The notes under the pieces are model-generated. The model was not told the DNA's origin. It was given only the letters and a program-made list of their open reading frames with translations, and searched no databases. From positions 486 through 64,485 of the forward strand of contig JBEILM010000005.1 of NCBI GenBank assembly GCA_040379205.1: DNA of 64,000 nucleotides, written 5' to 3'. A program made the translations under genes and the position numbers. Of the stretch, positions 41,221 to 51,762 are shown piece by piece; positions within the stretch are counted from its first letter, which is position 1, and every line of letters begins with the position of its first letter. Source of the DNA: Gemmatimonas sp. Lineage in GTDB: Bacteria > Gemmatimonadota > Gemmatimonadetes > Gemmatimonadales > Gemmatimonadaceae.

Positions 41221-42461
41221 GCGCGTTCCTCGTCGATCGGTGCCGCGGACGGCCCGGCAACCCCCGGGGGAAGCGGGCGCTGCTCCCCCGCCACCGCGTC
41301 CACGATGCCATCCTGCAGCCAGAGGGCAAACGGAGCGCCAGCCACGAACTGCCGGCTCCCGCTCAAAGTAGCGCCCTCGGGCGTTCGCGCCACCGCAAAC
41401 CCCCGCGCGAGCGTGGCAAGCGGTGAAAGCGCATGCAGTTGTCCCGCCAGCGTTTCGATCCGGGCCCGGCGCCGTTCGACCACCCGACCGGCCGCCAGAC
41501 CAAGCCGCCGCTGAAGTTGCGACAGTGCCACCACCGCACGCTCCTCACGCCGCCGAGCGGCGGCCGCGAGACGCTTCCCGAGGGAGTCCACCCGCACCGC
41601 GAGCTCACGTCGTGACGGCACCGCCAGCTCGGCCGCCGCCGACGGGGTGGCGGCCCGCACATCCGCGACCAGGTCGCAGATGCTGATGTCCACCTCGTGC
41701 CCGACCGCCGAGACCGTCGGAACGGGTGACGCGGCCAGCGCCCGGGCCACGCGTTCGTCGTTGAAGGCCCAGAGATCTTCCCGCGAACCGCCGCCCCGGC
41801 CGATGATCAGCACGTCCGCTCCGCCCCACCGCGCGCACTGGCCGATGGCCGCCACCAGCGACTCCGGCGCCCCCTCCCCCTGCACTTTGGCGGGGATGAT
41901 CACGAGTTCGACATCGGCGCTGCGGGCATGGGCCACCGTAATGATGTCGTGCATCGCCGCGCTGTCAGGGCTGGTGATGACCGCGATCCGGCGCGGAAAC
42001 GCCGGCAACGACCGCTTCCGCGCCGGATCGAGCAGGCCATCCCGCTCGAGGCGCCGCCGTGTCTCCTCCAACGCCTTGCGCCAGAGCCCGTCGCCCTCGG
42101 CTTCGAGCTGGCGCACCGAGAACTGCAGGTCGCCGCGCACGGGCCAGACCGTCATCTGTCCGAACGCCAGCACCTGCATGCCGTCGTCCGGGGGCGCCGG
42201 CAGGCGACGCGCCGCCGAACTCCAGATCACGCAGTTCACCTGCGCCTCGGCATCGCGGAGAGAGAAGTACCAATGGCCGTTGCGATGGGCCTTGAAATTC
42301 GACACCTCGCCGCGCACCCAGAGCGGCGGGAACGCGCCCTCGATGAGGTCCTTGGCGGCGGTGGTGAGCGTGTGCACGCTGATCGCCACGTCGGGCGATC
42401 CACCAGGTGTTGCATCGGCCGCCACCGGCGGCCCGTAGCCGCTGGTGCGACGCGAAGCCAT
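41217..42461 (-). CDS. xseA: Exodeoxyribonuclease VII large subunit
   Basis: WVRGEVSN, GHWYFSL, GRGGGSREDLWAFNDE, SAVGHEVD, TPSAAAE. Confidence 0.96.
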   Translation of the reverse strand: MASRRTSGYGPPVAADATPGGSPDVAISVHTLTTAAKDLIEGAFPPLWVRGEVSNFKAHRNGHWYFSLRDAEAQVNCVIWSSAARRLPAPPDDGMQVLAFGQMTVWPVRGDLQFSVRQLEAEGDGLWRKALEETRRRLERDGLLDPARKRSLPAFPRRIAVITSPDSAAMHDIITVAHARSADVELVIIPAKVQGEGAPESLVAAIGQCARWGGADVLIIGRGGGSREDLWAFNDERVARALAASPVPTVSAVGHEVDISICDLVADVRAATPSAAAELAVPSRRELAVRVDSLGKRLAAAARRREERAVVALSQLQRRLGLAAGRVVERRRARIETLAGQLHALSPLATLARGFAVARTPEGATLSGSRQFVAGAPFALWLQDGIVDAVAGEQRPLPPGVAGPSAAPIDEERA

Positions 42462-42463
42462 GG

Positions 42464-43357
42464 TTAGGAGGCCTTCTCGAGGGTGCGCTGCGCGGCGCGC
42501 ACGGTGTTCCGCAGCAGCAGGGCGATGGTCATCGGCCCGACACCGCCAGGCACCGGCGTGATCCTGGAAGCCACCTCGACCGCGCTCTCGAAATGCACGT
42601 CACCACAGAGGCGCGTCCCCTGGGCTCTGGTGGCATCGGGCTTCGTGTTCATGCCGACGTCGATCACCACCGCGCCCGGCTTGATCATGTCGCCGGTGAT
42701 CATCTCCGCCCGCCCGATCGCCGCAATGAGGATGTCTGCACGACGGGTGTGTGCAGCCAGATCCCTGGTGCGGCTGTGGCACACGGTGACGGTGGCATCC
42801 CCCCCACGACGCGCCTGGACGAGCAGCGCGGCCATCGGCTTGCCCACGATGTTGCTCCGCCCGACCACCACGACTTCGGCGCCGCGCGTCTCCACGCCGC
42901 TGCGCAGCAGCAGCTCGATGACACCGGCCGGTGTGCACGACACGAAGCCGTCGGTATGACCGATGAGCAACTTGCCGACGTTCACGGGATGAAATCCATC
43001 CACATCCTTCTCAGGCAGAATGTGGCGGATGACCGTATCGGGATCGATGTGCGCCGGCAGCGGCATCTGCACGAGAATGCCGTGCACGGCCCGATCGGCG
43101 TTCAGACGCTCCACCACACCGAGCAGCTCGGTCTGCGTGGTCGATGCCGGCAGCCTGATGGTCTCGCCCGCCATGCCGGCCTCGCGCGAGGCCTTCTCTT
43201 TGGCGCCCACGTAGGTGGCGCTGGCCGTGTCGTCTCCCACGAGCACTACCGTGAGGCCGGGCACCACGCCGCGCGCGGTCAAGGCGGCCACGTCGGCGGC
43301 AACCTCGCCGCGAATGGTGGCCGCAATCGCCTTCCCGTCGATCAGTTCAGCGCGCAA
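42464..43357 (-). CDS. folD: Methylenetetrahydrofolate dehydrogenase/cyclohydrolase
   Basis: [34 protein letters not shown]. Confidence 0.97.
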   Translation of the reverse strand: MRAELIDGKAIAATIRGEVAADVAALTARGVVPGLTVVLVGDDTASATYVGAKEKASREAGMAGETIRLPASTTQTELLGVVERLNADRAVHGILVQMPLPAHIDPDTVIRHILPEKDVDGFHPVNVGKLLIGHTDGFVSCTPAGVIELLLRSGVETRGAEVVVVGRSNIVGKPMAALLVQARRGGDATVTVCHSRTRDLAAHTRRADILIAAIGRAEMITGDMIKPGAVVIDVGMNTKPDATRAQGTRLCGDVHFESAVEVASRITPVPGGVGPMTIALLLRNTVRAAQRTLEKAS

Positions 43358-44933
43358 AGTCCACCGCCCGGCTTTCGCGAATGACGACCACCTTGATCTG
43401 CCCCGGATACTGCAGCTCCGACTCGATGCGCCGTGCGATCTCCTCGGACATGGCCGTCATGCGCGCGTCGTCCACCTGCTCGGGCGTCACCACCACGCGC
43501 ACCTCGCGCCCCGCCTGAATGGCGAAGACCCGCTCCACGCCACGGTAACTCGACGCGATCTTCTCGAGTCCCTCGAGACGCTTCACGTACGTCTCGAAGG
43601 CCTCGCGACGCGCGCCGGGGCGCGACCCCGAGATGGCATCGGCAGCCTGCACCAGCACCGACACCTCGCTCTCGTGCGGCACGTCGTCGTGGTGCGCGGC
43701 GATGCAGTTCACCACCAGCGGATTCTCGCCGTACTTGGTGGCCACCTCCACGCCGAGCTGCACGTGCGTACCCTCGTGCTCGTGCGTGAGCACCTTGCCT
43801 ATGTCGTGCAGCAGCGCACCACGCTTGGCCAGCGCGACATCGAGCCCCAGTTCGGCGGCCATCATGCCGGCGAGCCACGCCACTTCCTTGCTGTGCGCGA
43901 GGATGTTCTGCCCGTAGCTGGTGCGCCATCGCATGCGGCCGATCAGCTTGATCAACTCCGGATGCAATCCGGTCACGCCGGCATCGTAGGCAGCCTGCTC
44001 GCCGGTCTCGACGATGGCAGTGTCCACTTCCTTGCGCGCCTTCGCTACCACTTCCTCGATGCGTCCGGGATGAATACGGCCGTCGCTGACCAGCTTCTCC
44101 AGCGCAAGGCGCGCCGTCTCACGGCGTACAGGATCGAAGCACGACACCACGACCGTGTCCGGCGTGTCATCGATGATGACGTCGACGCCGGTCGCGAGCT
44201 CGAAGGCCCGGATGTTGCGCCCTTCACGTCCGATGATGCGCCCCTTCATCTCATCGTTGGGGAGCGCCACCGCCGACACCGTGGTCTCGGCCGTCGTTTC
44301 GGCAGCCACGCGCTGCACGGCCAACGCGACGATCTTCTTCGCTTCACGTTCCGCGTTTCGCTTGGCGGACTCCCGGATCTCGCGCAGGCGGCTCGCGGCG
44401 TCGGCGAGGGCTTCATCTTCCAGACGGCGCACGAGCTCGTTCTTGGCCTGCTCGGCGCTGAGGCCGGCAAGCTGTTCGAGCCGACGCCGTTCATCGGCGA
44501 TCAGCCGATCGAGCTCCTGTTCGCGCGCCGCGGAGGCCTGCTCCCGGGTGCCGAACTCGCGGCCCCGGCGCTGCAGCTCCTGTTCACGCCCCTCGAGCGA
44601 TTCGCGGGCCCGGTCGAGCTGACCCTCGCGCTCGATCACACGCTTCTCATCGCGCTCAACTTCGAGGCGGCGATTGCGCACCTCCTGCTCCAGCGATTCA
44701 CGGAGCTGGAGGATTTCTTCCTTGCCGGCCACCACGGCACCCTTCCGCAGCGTCTCCGCTTCCCGACGCGCGTCTTCGAGGACGCGGGCGGCCGTCTCCT
44801 CGGCGGTCGCCTTGGCCCGCTGTTGCCCGCCAATCTCGACCTGTCGGCCGGACTTCCGTCCCAGCACAAAAGCCAGCACAGCCGCAACGACGCCCGCCGC
44901 GCTGGTCAGCGCCGCCAGGGGTAGTTCTCCCAT
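43347..44933 (-). CDS. rny: Ribonuclease Y
   Basis: N-terminal TM, coiled coil, KH domain ([13 protein letters not shown]), HD domain (LLHDIGK), [10 protein letters not shown]. Confidence 0.97.
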   Translation of the reverse strand: MGELPLAALTSAAGVVAAVLAFVLGRKSGRQVEIGGQQRAKATAEETAARVLEDARREAETLRKGAVVAGKEEILQLRESLEQEVRNRRLEVERDEKRVIEREGQLDRARESLEGREQELQRRGREFGTREQASAAREQELDRLIADERRRLEQLAGLSAEQAKNELVRRLEDEALADAASRLREIRESAKRNAEREAKKIVALAVQRVAAETTAETTVSAVALPNDEMKGRIIGREGRNIRAFELATGVDVIIDDTPDTVVVSCFDPVRRETARLALEKLVSDGRIHPGRIEEVVAKARKEVDTAIVETGEQAAYDAGVTGLHPELIKLIGRMRWRTSYGQNILAHSKEVAWLAGMMAAELGLDVALAKRGALLHDIGKVLTHEHEGTHVQLGVEVATKYGENPLVVNCIAAHHDDVPHESEVSVLVQAADAISGSRPGARREAFETYVKRLEGLEKIASSYRGVERVFAIQAGREVRVVVTPEQVDDARMTAMSEEIARRIESELQYPGQIKVVVIRESRAVDFAR

Positions 44934-45164
44934 GAGGATCTATACTCCGCCGCGTCAGGGACGCAGGACTTGTTCGTGGGCCGCAGGATCTATTCGGAAG
45001 GACAACCGCACGAGCAACAGCCGGCGCGCCCGCTGGCCCGGCGGAAAGCATGGCTTCCGCGGCCGCGAATCACCCCAGCCTGTCACGATCGGCTGACCGA
45101 CAGAACGTACGAACGGATGGAAGGCGCCGCAACGGTACCGGGACGCGACGACCCGCGCCGGGCT

Positions 45165-45476
45165 TCAGACGCCGCCCAACTCCTCACCGCGCTTCGCGGG
45201 CGGCAGGAGCGGACGGATATCCGACGCCAGCTGACGCATATCCGCAGTGACCGCGTCCATGGCCCGATTCTCACGGAAGAGCTCGTCGGTGATCTGCAGG
45301 GCCGCCAGAATGGCCGCCTTCTGCGTCTCCCTCGTCGAGCTCCCCGCAAGGATGGCCCGAATCGTCCGGTCGACGTGCTCGGCCACCGCCTTGGTGTGTT
45401 CGGCCGACGCCTCGGTCCGGAGCGTGTACTCGTCGCCGAGAATCCGGACCTTCACCACGCTGCGTTGATCCATCAT
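45165..45476 (-). CDS. zapA: Cell division protein ZapA
   Basis: VKVRILGDEYTL...AAILAALQITDELF; zapA-rny synteny. Confidence 0.88.
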   Translation of the reverse strand: MMDQRSVVKVRILGDEYTLRTEASAEHTKAVAEHVDRTIRAILAGSSTRETQKAAILAALQITDELFRENRAMDAVTADMRQLASDIRPLLPPAKRGEELGGV

Positions 45477-45913
45477 CGGTCGGCGGGTTGTGTCACCTGC
45501 TGCCGGAGAAAGCGCACCCGCTCCGTGAGCTGGGTGGTCCGTTCCCGTGCCTCCCCCAATCGCGACCGCAGCCGCTCGTTCTCCCGGGCCAGCTCCTGGT
45601 CGCGCGCCTCGGGGGTGCCCCGGGCTTCCGCCACGGTGAGCGCCGCCCGGGTCTGCTGGGCCTCGCGCCGCAGCGTATCCAGCTGCCCCTGCAGCGTCCG
45701 CGCCTCCACCACCGCGGCATCCCGCGACCCCTGGATGTCCTCCAACTGCTGCCGCACTTCATCGAGCTTCCCGGTCATGCCGGCAAGAATCTGCTCCAGC
45801 TCGCGCGTGCGCGCCTCCGCCGACAGCGCACGCCGCCGATAGCCCGCCAACTGATCGCTCAGGTTGCGGACGAGGGTGTCAAGTTCGCGAAACGCGACCG
45901 TTTCAGGACGCAC
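45473..45913 (-). CDS. Coiled-coil protein, ZapB-like
   Basis: Almost entirely heptad coiled coil; lies between pheT and zapA. Confidence 0.65.
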   Translation of the reverse strand: MRPETVAFRELDTLVRNLSDQLAGYRRRALSAEARTRELEQILAGMTGKLDEVRQQLEDIQGSRDAAVVEARTLQGQLDTLRREAQQTRAALTVAEARGTPEARDQELARENERLRSRLGEARERTTQLTERVRFLRQQVTQPADR

Positions 45914-48338
45914 GTGGACGTATACCGAGTTCCTTGTCGAGGTGCTCGAGCAGGCGTGCCCGACGCCCCTCGATCTCCTTGTCCCGGAGGGTGCGCTCCG
46001 GATGTCGCCAGGTCAACCGCCACGCGAGACTCCGCGAACCGGCGGGGATGCCCGCGCCGCGGAACTCATCGAAGAGCTCGACCCGCTCGAGCAGCTCGCC
46101 GCCGGCCTGCTTCAGGGCCGCCTCGACGGTCGCGGCCTGCGTCGCGTCGGGCACCAGCAGCGCCAGATCGACCTCAACCGCCGGCGTGGTCGGCAGCGGC
46201 GTTACCCGCACGGCCCTCGTCGCGCCCGACTCCCGCTCAACCGGCGCGTGCGCATGATGCCCCGCCGGTGCCACGTCGTCCGACGACATCACCCCGAGGG
46301 CAACCTCCACCCCCCACGCATCGCTGGCCCAGACCGGCTTGTCCAACCGCACGGCTTCGACGCGACCCACCACGCCCAGCGCCTCGATCGACAGCGTCCA
46401 ACCGGCCCCACCGGCGTCAGCGGCACAGGTGGAGCGCCGACCCGGGAATGCGGCAGCCAGAATGCGCGCCGCCAGTTCCTTCGCGTCCCACATGTCGAAC
46501 GCCGGCGGCTGCGGTTCGGTGAAGTGCGCCGGCCGACGCGCGCCCATCAGCAGGGCGCCGACCCGCAGCTCTTCCAGCGGCAGCCGACCGTCGCGTCCCG
46601 TGAACGTGTTGCCGATCTCGAACAGTCGCAGGTTACCCTGCATGCGCGAGAGATTGTACTCGGCACGACGGGCCAGCGTGTCCAGCACCGACGAGCGCAG
46701 GAACGGTTCGTCCTCGGCTAGCGGGTTGCGTACGCGCGGCGTGCGCTCGTCGCCCGTCGCCGTGAACGGCATCGGCCGCGTTTCGGCAAGTCCGAGCCCC
46801 ACCAGCGCGTCGCGCACGCGCCGTGAGGCCAGGTGCAACGGGTGGTCGGGAGCCGTGCCGGGGCGGAACGCCCGCAGTTCATCGGGCAGCGCATCGAAGC
46901 CGACGAGCCGCGCCACCTCCTCGATGAGATCGACTTCGAGGCCAAGATCGTGGCGCCACGACGGGGCGACCACCGCGAGCGCCTCGCCCTGCGGCGTCAC
47001 CGTGCACCCCAGCGACTCGAGGCGCCGCACGATCTCCGCCTCGGGTACCGGCACCCCCAGCAACCGGGCCAGGCGCGACGGCCGCAGGGTCACGGCCGGT
47101 CGTTCCGCCGGCGCGTCGCCGACGACCATGAGCTCCGCCACCTCGCCACCCGCCACCTGCGTGATAAGCGCGGCGGCCACACGGGCCACATGTTCGGTGT
47201 GTCCGGCGTCGATGCCGCGCTCGAAGCGATAGGCGGCGTCGGTGTTGAGGCCGACCAGCTTCTTCACCCCGCGCACGAAACGCGGGGCGAACACCGCCAC
47301 TTCGAGCAGGATGTCGGTCGTGGCATCGGTGACCTCGCTGTCGCGACCCCCCATGACACCGGCCAGTGCCACCGGAGCCTGCCCGTCACAGATCACCGTC
47401 GTCCCCTCGGGGAGGGCACGCGACATGCCGTCGAGCGTGACCAGCGATTCCCCCGCGCGCGTCGGACGCACGACGATGGCCTGCCCCGCCAGCTTCGCCA
47501 GATCGAAGGCGTGTACCGGCTGCCCGAGGCCATGGAGCACGTAGTTGGTGGCATCCACCACGTTGCTGATGCTGCGCTGCCCGATGCTCTCGAGGCGCGT
47601 CCGGAGCCACGCGGGGCTCGCATCCACCGTCACCCCCTTGATGACCACGGCGATGTACCGCGGGCACTGCGCGGGATCCTCCACGCGGACCACGGCGTGC
47701 GCGCCCTGCACCGCCGTCGCCCCGCAATGCGCGTCGATCGCTGCCGGCGCCACGGTGACGTCGGCGGGTACGGCGACCATGGGTGCCCCCATGATCGCGC
47801 TGAGTTCGCGAGCCACCCCGAGATGCGACAGCAGATCCGGTCGGTTCGGCAGCACATCGAGGTCGAGCCGGACATCACCGGCCGCGATCACGTCGGCGAA
47901 CGGCGTACCCGGCGCGTACGCCGTGTCCAGCGTGAGGATGCCATCGTGCTCGTCTCCGAGCCCAAGTTCGCGCGCCGAGCAGAGCATGCCGTTGGACGTC
48001 TCGCCACGAATCTTGCGCCGTTCGATCTTCAGGCCGTCAGGCATCACGGTACCCGTCCGCGCGAACGGGTACTTGTTCCCCGCGACCACGTTGGGCGCAC
48101 CGCACACCACGTCGAGCAGCGTGCCGCTGCCGTCATCGACCTTCGTTACCCAGAGCCGATCCGAGTTCGGATGCCGACCGGCCTCCACGACCTGGGCCAC
48201 GACGAACGCCGACAGGTCGGCACCGACCCGCTCGAGGCCGTCGAGCGTGACGCAGTGCCTGCTCAACAGCTCGCCGACCTGCTGCGCGTCACGGTCGTGC
48301 GGAACGAACTGGGTAAGCCACGTGTGCGAGACGATCAT
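45903..48338 (-). CDS. pheT: Phenylalanine--tRNA ligase beta subunit
   Basis: VCGAPN, SNGMLCS, PNRPDLLSHLG, YRFERG, DLIEEVAR, FDEFRG. Confidence 0.97.
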   Translation of the reverse strand: MIVSHTWLTQFVPHDRDAQQVGELLSRHCVTLDGLERVGADLSAFVVAQVVEAGRHPNSDRLWVTKVDDGSGTLLDVVCGAPNVVAGNKYPFARTGTVMPDGLKIERRKIRGETSNGMLCSARELGLGDEHDGILTLDTAYAPGTPFADVIAAGDVRLDLDVLPNRPDLLSHLGVARELSAIMGAPMVAVPADVTVAPAAIDAHCGATAVQGAHAVVRVEDPAQCPRYIAVVIKGVTVDASPAWLRTRLESIGQRSISNVVDATNYVLHGLGQPVHAFDLAKLAGQAIVVRPTRAGESLVTLDGMSRALPEGTTVICDGQAPVALAGVMGGRDSEVTDATTDILLEVAVFAPRFVRGVKKLVGLNTDAAYRFERGIDAGHTEHVARVAAALITQVAGGEVAELMVVGDAPAERPAVTLRPSRLARLLGVPVPEAEIVRRLESLGCTVTPQGEALAVVAPSWRHDLGLEVDLIEEVARLVGFDALPDELRAFRPGTAPDHPLHLASRRVRDALVGLGLAETRPMPFTATGDERTPRVRNPLAEDEPFLRSSVLDTLARRAEYNLSRMQGNLRLFEIGNTFTGRDGRLPLEELRVGALLMGARRPAHFTEPQPPAFDMWDAKELAARILAAAFPGRRSTCAADAGGAGWTLSIEALGVVGRVEAVRLDKPVWASDAWGVEVALGVMSSDDVAPAGHHAHAPVERESGATRAVRVTPLPTTPAVEVDLALLVPDATQAATVEAALKQAGGELLERVELFDEFRGAGIPAGSRSLAWRLTWRHPERTLRDKEIEGRRARLLEHLDKELGIRPRAS

Positions 48339-49345
48339 CGCGCGAACTGCTCCAGGAAGCGGACATCGGAATCGTAGAAGGCGCGAATGTCATTGACGCC
48401 GTAGCGTGACATCGCGATGCGGGCCGGCCCCATGCCGAAGGCCCAGCCGGTGTGGCGCTCACTGTCGAGCCCCGCGGATACGATCACGTTGGGGTGGACC
48501 ATGCCGCAGCCAAGAATCTCGACCCAGCGCAGCCCCTTGCCGTCGCCGAGGTCAACCTCGACGTCCATCTGCGCCCCGGGCTCGACGAACGGAAAGTACG
48601 ACGGCCCGAAGCGCACGCGCCGCGTGGCGCCGTAGAAGCGGCGCGCGAATTCCGCGAGCGTGGCCTTGAGATCCACGAAGCTGACGCCCTCGTCGACGGC
48701 CAACCCTTCGAGCTGCATGAACGCCGGCGCGTGCGTCGCATCGAAAAAGTCGCGGCGATAGACCTGTCCCGGCGCCAGTACGCGGACGGGCGGCGCAAAG
48801 CGCTGCAGGGTACGCACCTGCACCGGCGAGGTGTGGGTGCGCAGCAGCGTGTCCTCACCCAGGTAGAGCGTGTCGTGCAGCTCCATCGCCGGGTGATCGG
48901 GGGGGAAGTTGAGCGCGCCGAAGTTGTACCACTCCGTTTCCGCTTCCGGTCCGAGCGCGATGGTGAAGCCCAACTCGCGGAAGATGTCGCAGATCTCGTC
49001 GATCACGAGCGTGACCGGATGCAGCGAACCGCGCCAGTGGCCACGGGCGGGCATCGTCCCGTCGAACGCCTCGGCGCCGCCGCTGGCGGCCTGCCGCGCC
49101 GCGAAGGCATCGAGCGCCTCCTGAATGGTCGTCTTGAGCGTATTGAACGCCGTGCCCGCCACTCGCCGATCCTCGGCCGGCAAGGCGCGCAGCGCCGTCT
49201 GCAGCGCGGCGAGCCGGTCGTCCTTGAGCGCGTTCAATTGGCCCTTCGCGACGTCGAGCCGCGTGGCAGGGTCGAGACCATCGAGCAGCGCCCGGCACTT
49301 GAGCGCGAGGGCGTCGGCCTGGGCGAGGTAGTCGGAAAGGATCAC
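48335..49345 (-). CDS. pheS: Phenylalanine--tRNA ligase alpha subunit
   Basis: HPAMELHDT, LLRTHTSPVQ, SYFPFVEP, GCGMVHP, GWAFGMG; start uncertain (GTG 49345 chosen). Confidence 0.96.
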   Translation of the reverse strand: MILSDYLAQADALALKCRALLDGLDPATRLDVAKGQLNALKDDRLAALQTALRALPAEDRRVAGTAFNTLKTTIQEALDAFAARQAASGGAEAFDGTMPARGHWRGSLHPVTLVIDEICDIFRELGFTIALGPEAETEWYNFGALNFPPDHPAMELHDTLYLGEDTLLRTHTSPVQVRTLQRFAPPVRVLAPGQVYRRDFFDATHAPAFMQLEGLAVDEGVSFVDLKATLAEFARRFYGATRRVRFGPSYFPFVEPGAQMDVEVDLGDGKGLRWVEILGCGMVHPNVIVSAGLDSERHTGWAFGMGPARIAMSRYGVNDIRAFYDSDVRFLEQFAR

Positions 49346-49450
49346 GGAAAGTTCGGAGACGGGAGCACGAAGGGCCGGCACCTCGCGATGCCGGCCCCAC
49401 AACTTAACCAACCAACCCGCACCGAGATGGGCGCGGCACGAGCGACGGGC

Positions 49451-49825
49451 TTACGCGGCGGCCTTCTTCGCGTCGAGCGCCTTGCGGGCCTGCTCGGCGA
49501 TCACACCGAAGGCCTCCGGCTCACGGACGGCGAGGTCGGCCAGCACCTTGCGGTCGATCTCGATCCCGGCCGCGTGCAGGCCGTTGATGAACGCGCTGTA
49601 CGACATGTCGTGCATGCGCGCGGCGGCGTTGATGCGGATGATCCAGAGGCGACGGAAGTCGCGCTTCTTGTTCTTGCGGTCGCGATACGCGTAGCGCCAG
49701 CCGCGCTCCACGGTTTCCTTCGCGGCCTTCCACAGCTTGGAGCGGCCACCGAAGGCGCCCTTCGCGTGCTTGAGGATCTGCTTCTTGCGCTTGAGACGAA
49801 CGACGTTGGACTTGACGCGTGGCAT
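49451..49825 (-). CDS. rplT: 50S ribosomal protein L20
   Basis: [29 protein letters not shown]. Confidence 0.98.
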   Translation of the reverse strand: MPRVKSNVVRLKRKKQILKHAKGAFGGRSKLWKAAKETVERGWRYAYRDRKNKKRDFRRLWIIRINAAARMHDMSYSAFINGLHAAGIEIDRKVLADLAVREPEAFGVIAEQARKALDAKKAAA

Positions 49826-49837
49826 AGTGGGAGATCC

Positions 49838-50035
49838 TCAGGCCAGGATGAGACGCTTGATACGCTTGACTTCGCCGTTGGTCTCGACGATGGCCGGGCG
49901 ACGGAGATTACGCTTCCGCTTGGCGTCCTTCTTGGTCAGGATGTGGCTCTTGTACGCCTTCAGGCGCCGCACCTTCCCCGAACCCGTCACGGAGAAGCGC
50001 TTCTTGGCGCCGCTGTGGGTCTTCATCTTCGGCAT
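49838..50035 (-). CDS. rpmI: 50S ribosomal protein L35
   Basis: [14 protein letters not shown]. Confidence 0.98.
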   Translation of the reverse strand: MPKMKTHSGAKKRFSVTGSGKVRRLKAYKSHILTKKDAKRKRNLRRPAIVETNGEVKRIKRLILA

Positions 50036-50101
50036 GATATGCTCACGTCAACGGTCGACCGCCCTGATGTTAGGACGGCCCTACTGCAGATCACGCGCCG
50101 A

Positions 50102-50623
50102 TCACTTCGGCGCGAGGATCATCGTCATCGACTTCCCTTCCATGGTCGGTGCGCTTTCGACCTTTGCCAGGTCGGCGAGCTCCTGCGACACCCGATCGAC
50201 CACCGCGCGTCCCAGTTCGGGATGGGCGATCTGCCGGCCGCGGAACATCAGCGTCACCTTCACCTTGTTGCCTTCTTCGAGGAATTTCCGCGCGTGGCGG
50301 GTCTTCGTGTCGAAATCGTGATCGTCGATCCCCGGGCGGTACTTGACCTCCTTGAGATGGATCACGTGCTGCTTCTTCTTCGCGAGTCGGGCCTGCTTGG
50401 CCTGTTCGAACTTGAACTTCCCGTAGTCCATGATGCGGACCACCGGAGGCCGAGCCGCCGCCGCCACTTCCACGAGATCGAGGCCGAGTTCCTGCGCCAT
50501 CGACAGTGCCGCGTCGACCTCGAGGATCCCCAGCTGGCTGCCGTCGGCACCGATCACACGAACGGGACTGATCCGGATCTGCCGGTTCACCCGTGGCGGA
50601 CGCTTCGTCGAATCCTGAATAAT
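50102..50623 (-). CDS. infC: Translation initiation factor IF-3, ATT start
   Basis: RVNRQIRISPVRVIG, LDLVEV, IMDYGKFKFE, KVKVTLMFRGRQ; GGAG followed by tandem in-frame ATT ATT (50623, 50620). Confidence 0.95.
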   Translation of the reverse strand: MIQDSTKRPPRVNRQIRISPVRVIGADGSQLGILEVDAALSMAQELGLDLVEVAAAARPPVVRIMDYGKFKFEQAKQARLAKKKQHVIHLKEVKYRPGIDDHDFDTKTRHARKFLEEGNKVKVTLMFRGRQIAHPELGRAVVDRVSQELADLAKVESAPTMEGKSMTMILAPK

Positions 50624-50635
50624 GCGTACTCCGGT

Positions 50636-50674
50636 AGAAGAAACAGAAAACGCGGACCCCAGAGGAATCCGCGT
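50636..50674 (-). terminator. Terminator hairpin inside the infC 5' leader (attenuator)
   Basis: ACGCGGATTCC-tct-GGGGTCCGCGT then TTTCTGTTTCTT, ending a few nt before the infC Shine-Dalgarno. Confidence 0.7.
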
Positions 50675-50834
50675 CGCGCACAACACCCCGTACACGCAAC
50701 CACACGTGACAGGGAAGCCGGTTCGATGGACTCCAGCAGCGCGCCTCCGCAGGACCAGCCTGTCGCGAGGGCCGAAGGGTGGATACGGCGTCGATGCCGT
50801 ACCGCTTCTCGATTGTCTCTACGCCAACAGGGTA

Positions 50835-50862
50835 AACCTAGACGGCCCCGCCCGCAGGTCAA
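50835..50862 (-). promoter_or_regulatory. Sigma70-type promoter of infC-rpmI-rplT
   Basis: TTGACC(50862-50857)-N16-TAGGTT(50840-50835). Confidence 0.7.
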
Positions 50863-50886
50863 CCCCCGACCGCGAGGTCGCCGGCA

Positions 50887-51762
50887 TCACTCGGCGAGCC
50901 GATAGGCCTTGCCGTCGTGTGCCACCCGTCCGAATCCCACACGGGCGTCGTGTTCAAACACCAGCAGCCACTCTTCCCGCAGCGCGTCGGCCAGGAGCGC
51001 CCGCTTGCTCTCCAGCGTCACCAGCGGCTCGACATCGTAGCCCATGATCCACGGCAGCGGCAGATGGTGCGCCGTCGGCACCACGTCACCGAGGAAGCAC
51101 AGCGTCTCCCCGCCGGAACGCAGCAGCACACTCTGGTGGTGCGGTGTGTGGCCGGGGGTGGGCCGCACCGTGATCCCGGAGACGATTTCGCGTTCGCCGG
51201 ACACGAAGTCGAACCGGCCAGCGGCCACGATGGGCGCCCAGTTGGGAGGGAAATAACTGGCCGTGGTCCGCTCGTTGGGACGCTCGGCGTACGTCCGCTC
51301 TCCAGACTGGACCACATACCGGGCATTCGGAAAGGCGGGCAGGATCTCGCCGGTGGGTGCCCGCCAGCTGTTGCCGCCCGCGTGGTCGAAATGCAGGTGC
51401 GTGTTGATGACGAGCTTGATGTCGCCCGGGGTGAACCCCGCCGCCCGGATACCATCTTCGAGCGCCGTCCGCCCCTCCGCCCCGGCATTCTCGATGCCGT
51501 AGATCTCGTGGAACTTGGGCGTTTCCTTGTTGCCGAGGCCGGTGTCGATCAGCACCAGCCCATCGTCGTGCTCGATCAGCAGGCAGCGCATCCCCATGGG
51601 AATGCGGTTGCGGTCGTCCGCCGGCAGGCGCTTCGACCAGAGCGTCTTCGGGACCACGCCGAACATGGCGCCGCCGTCGAGCTGCTGCCCGCCCGCCTGA
51701 ATGGCGTGCACCCGCAGTCGCCCAACGGTCCGAGTGTCCAGCAGGGGCTGCGGCATGCTCAT
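50887..51762 (-). CDS. MBL-fold metallo-hydrolase (YtnP-like)
   Basis: LDGGAMFGVVPK, THLHFDHAGG, PGHTPHH, GD, EHD. Confidence 0.9.
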   Translation of the reverse strand: MSMPQPLLDTRTVGRLRVHAIQAGGQQLDGGAMFGVVPKTLWSKRLPADDRNRIPMGMRCLLIEHDDGLVLIDTGLGNKETPKFHEIYGIENAGAEGRTALEDGIRAAGFTPGDIKLVINTHLHFDHAGGNSWRAPTGEILPAFPNARYVVQSGERTYAERPNERTTASYFPPNWAPIVAAGRFDFVSGEREIVSGITVRPTPGHTPHHQSVLLRSGGETLCFLGDVVPTAHHLPLPWIMGYDVEPLVTLESKRALLADALREEWLLVFEHDARVGFGRVAHDGKAYRLAE

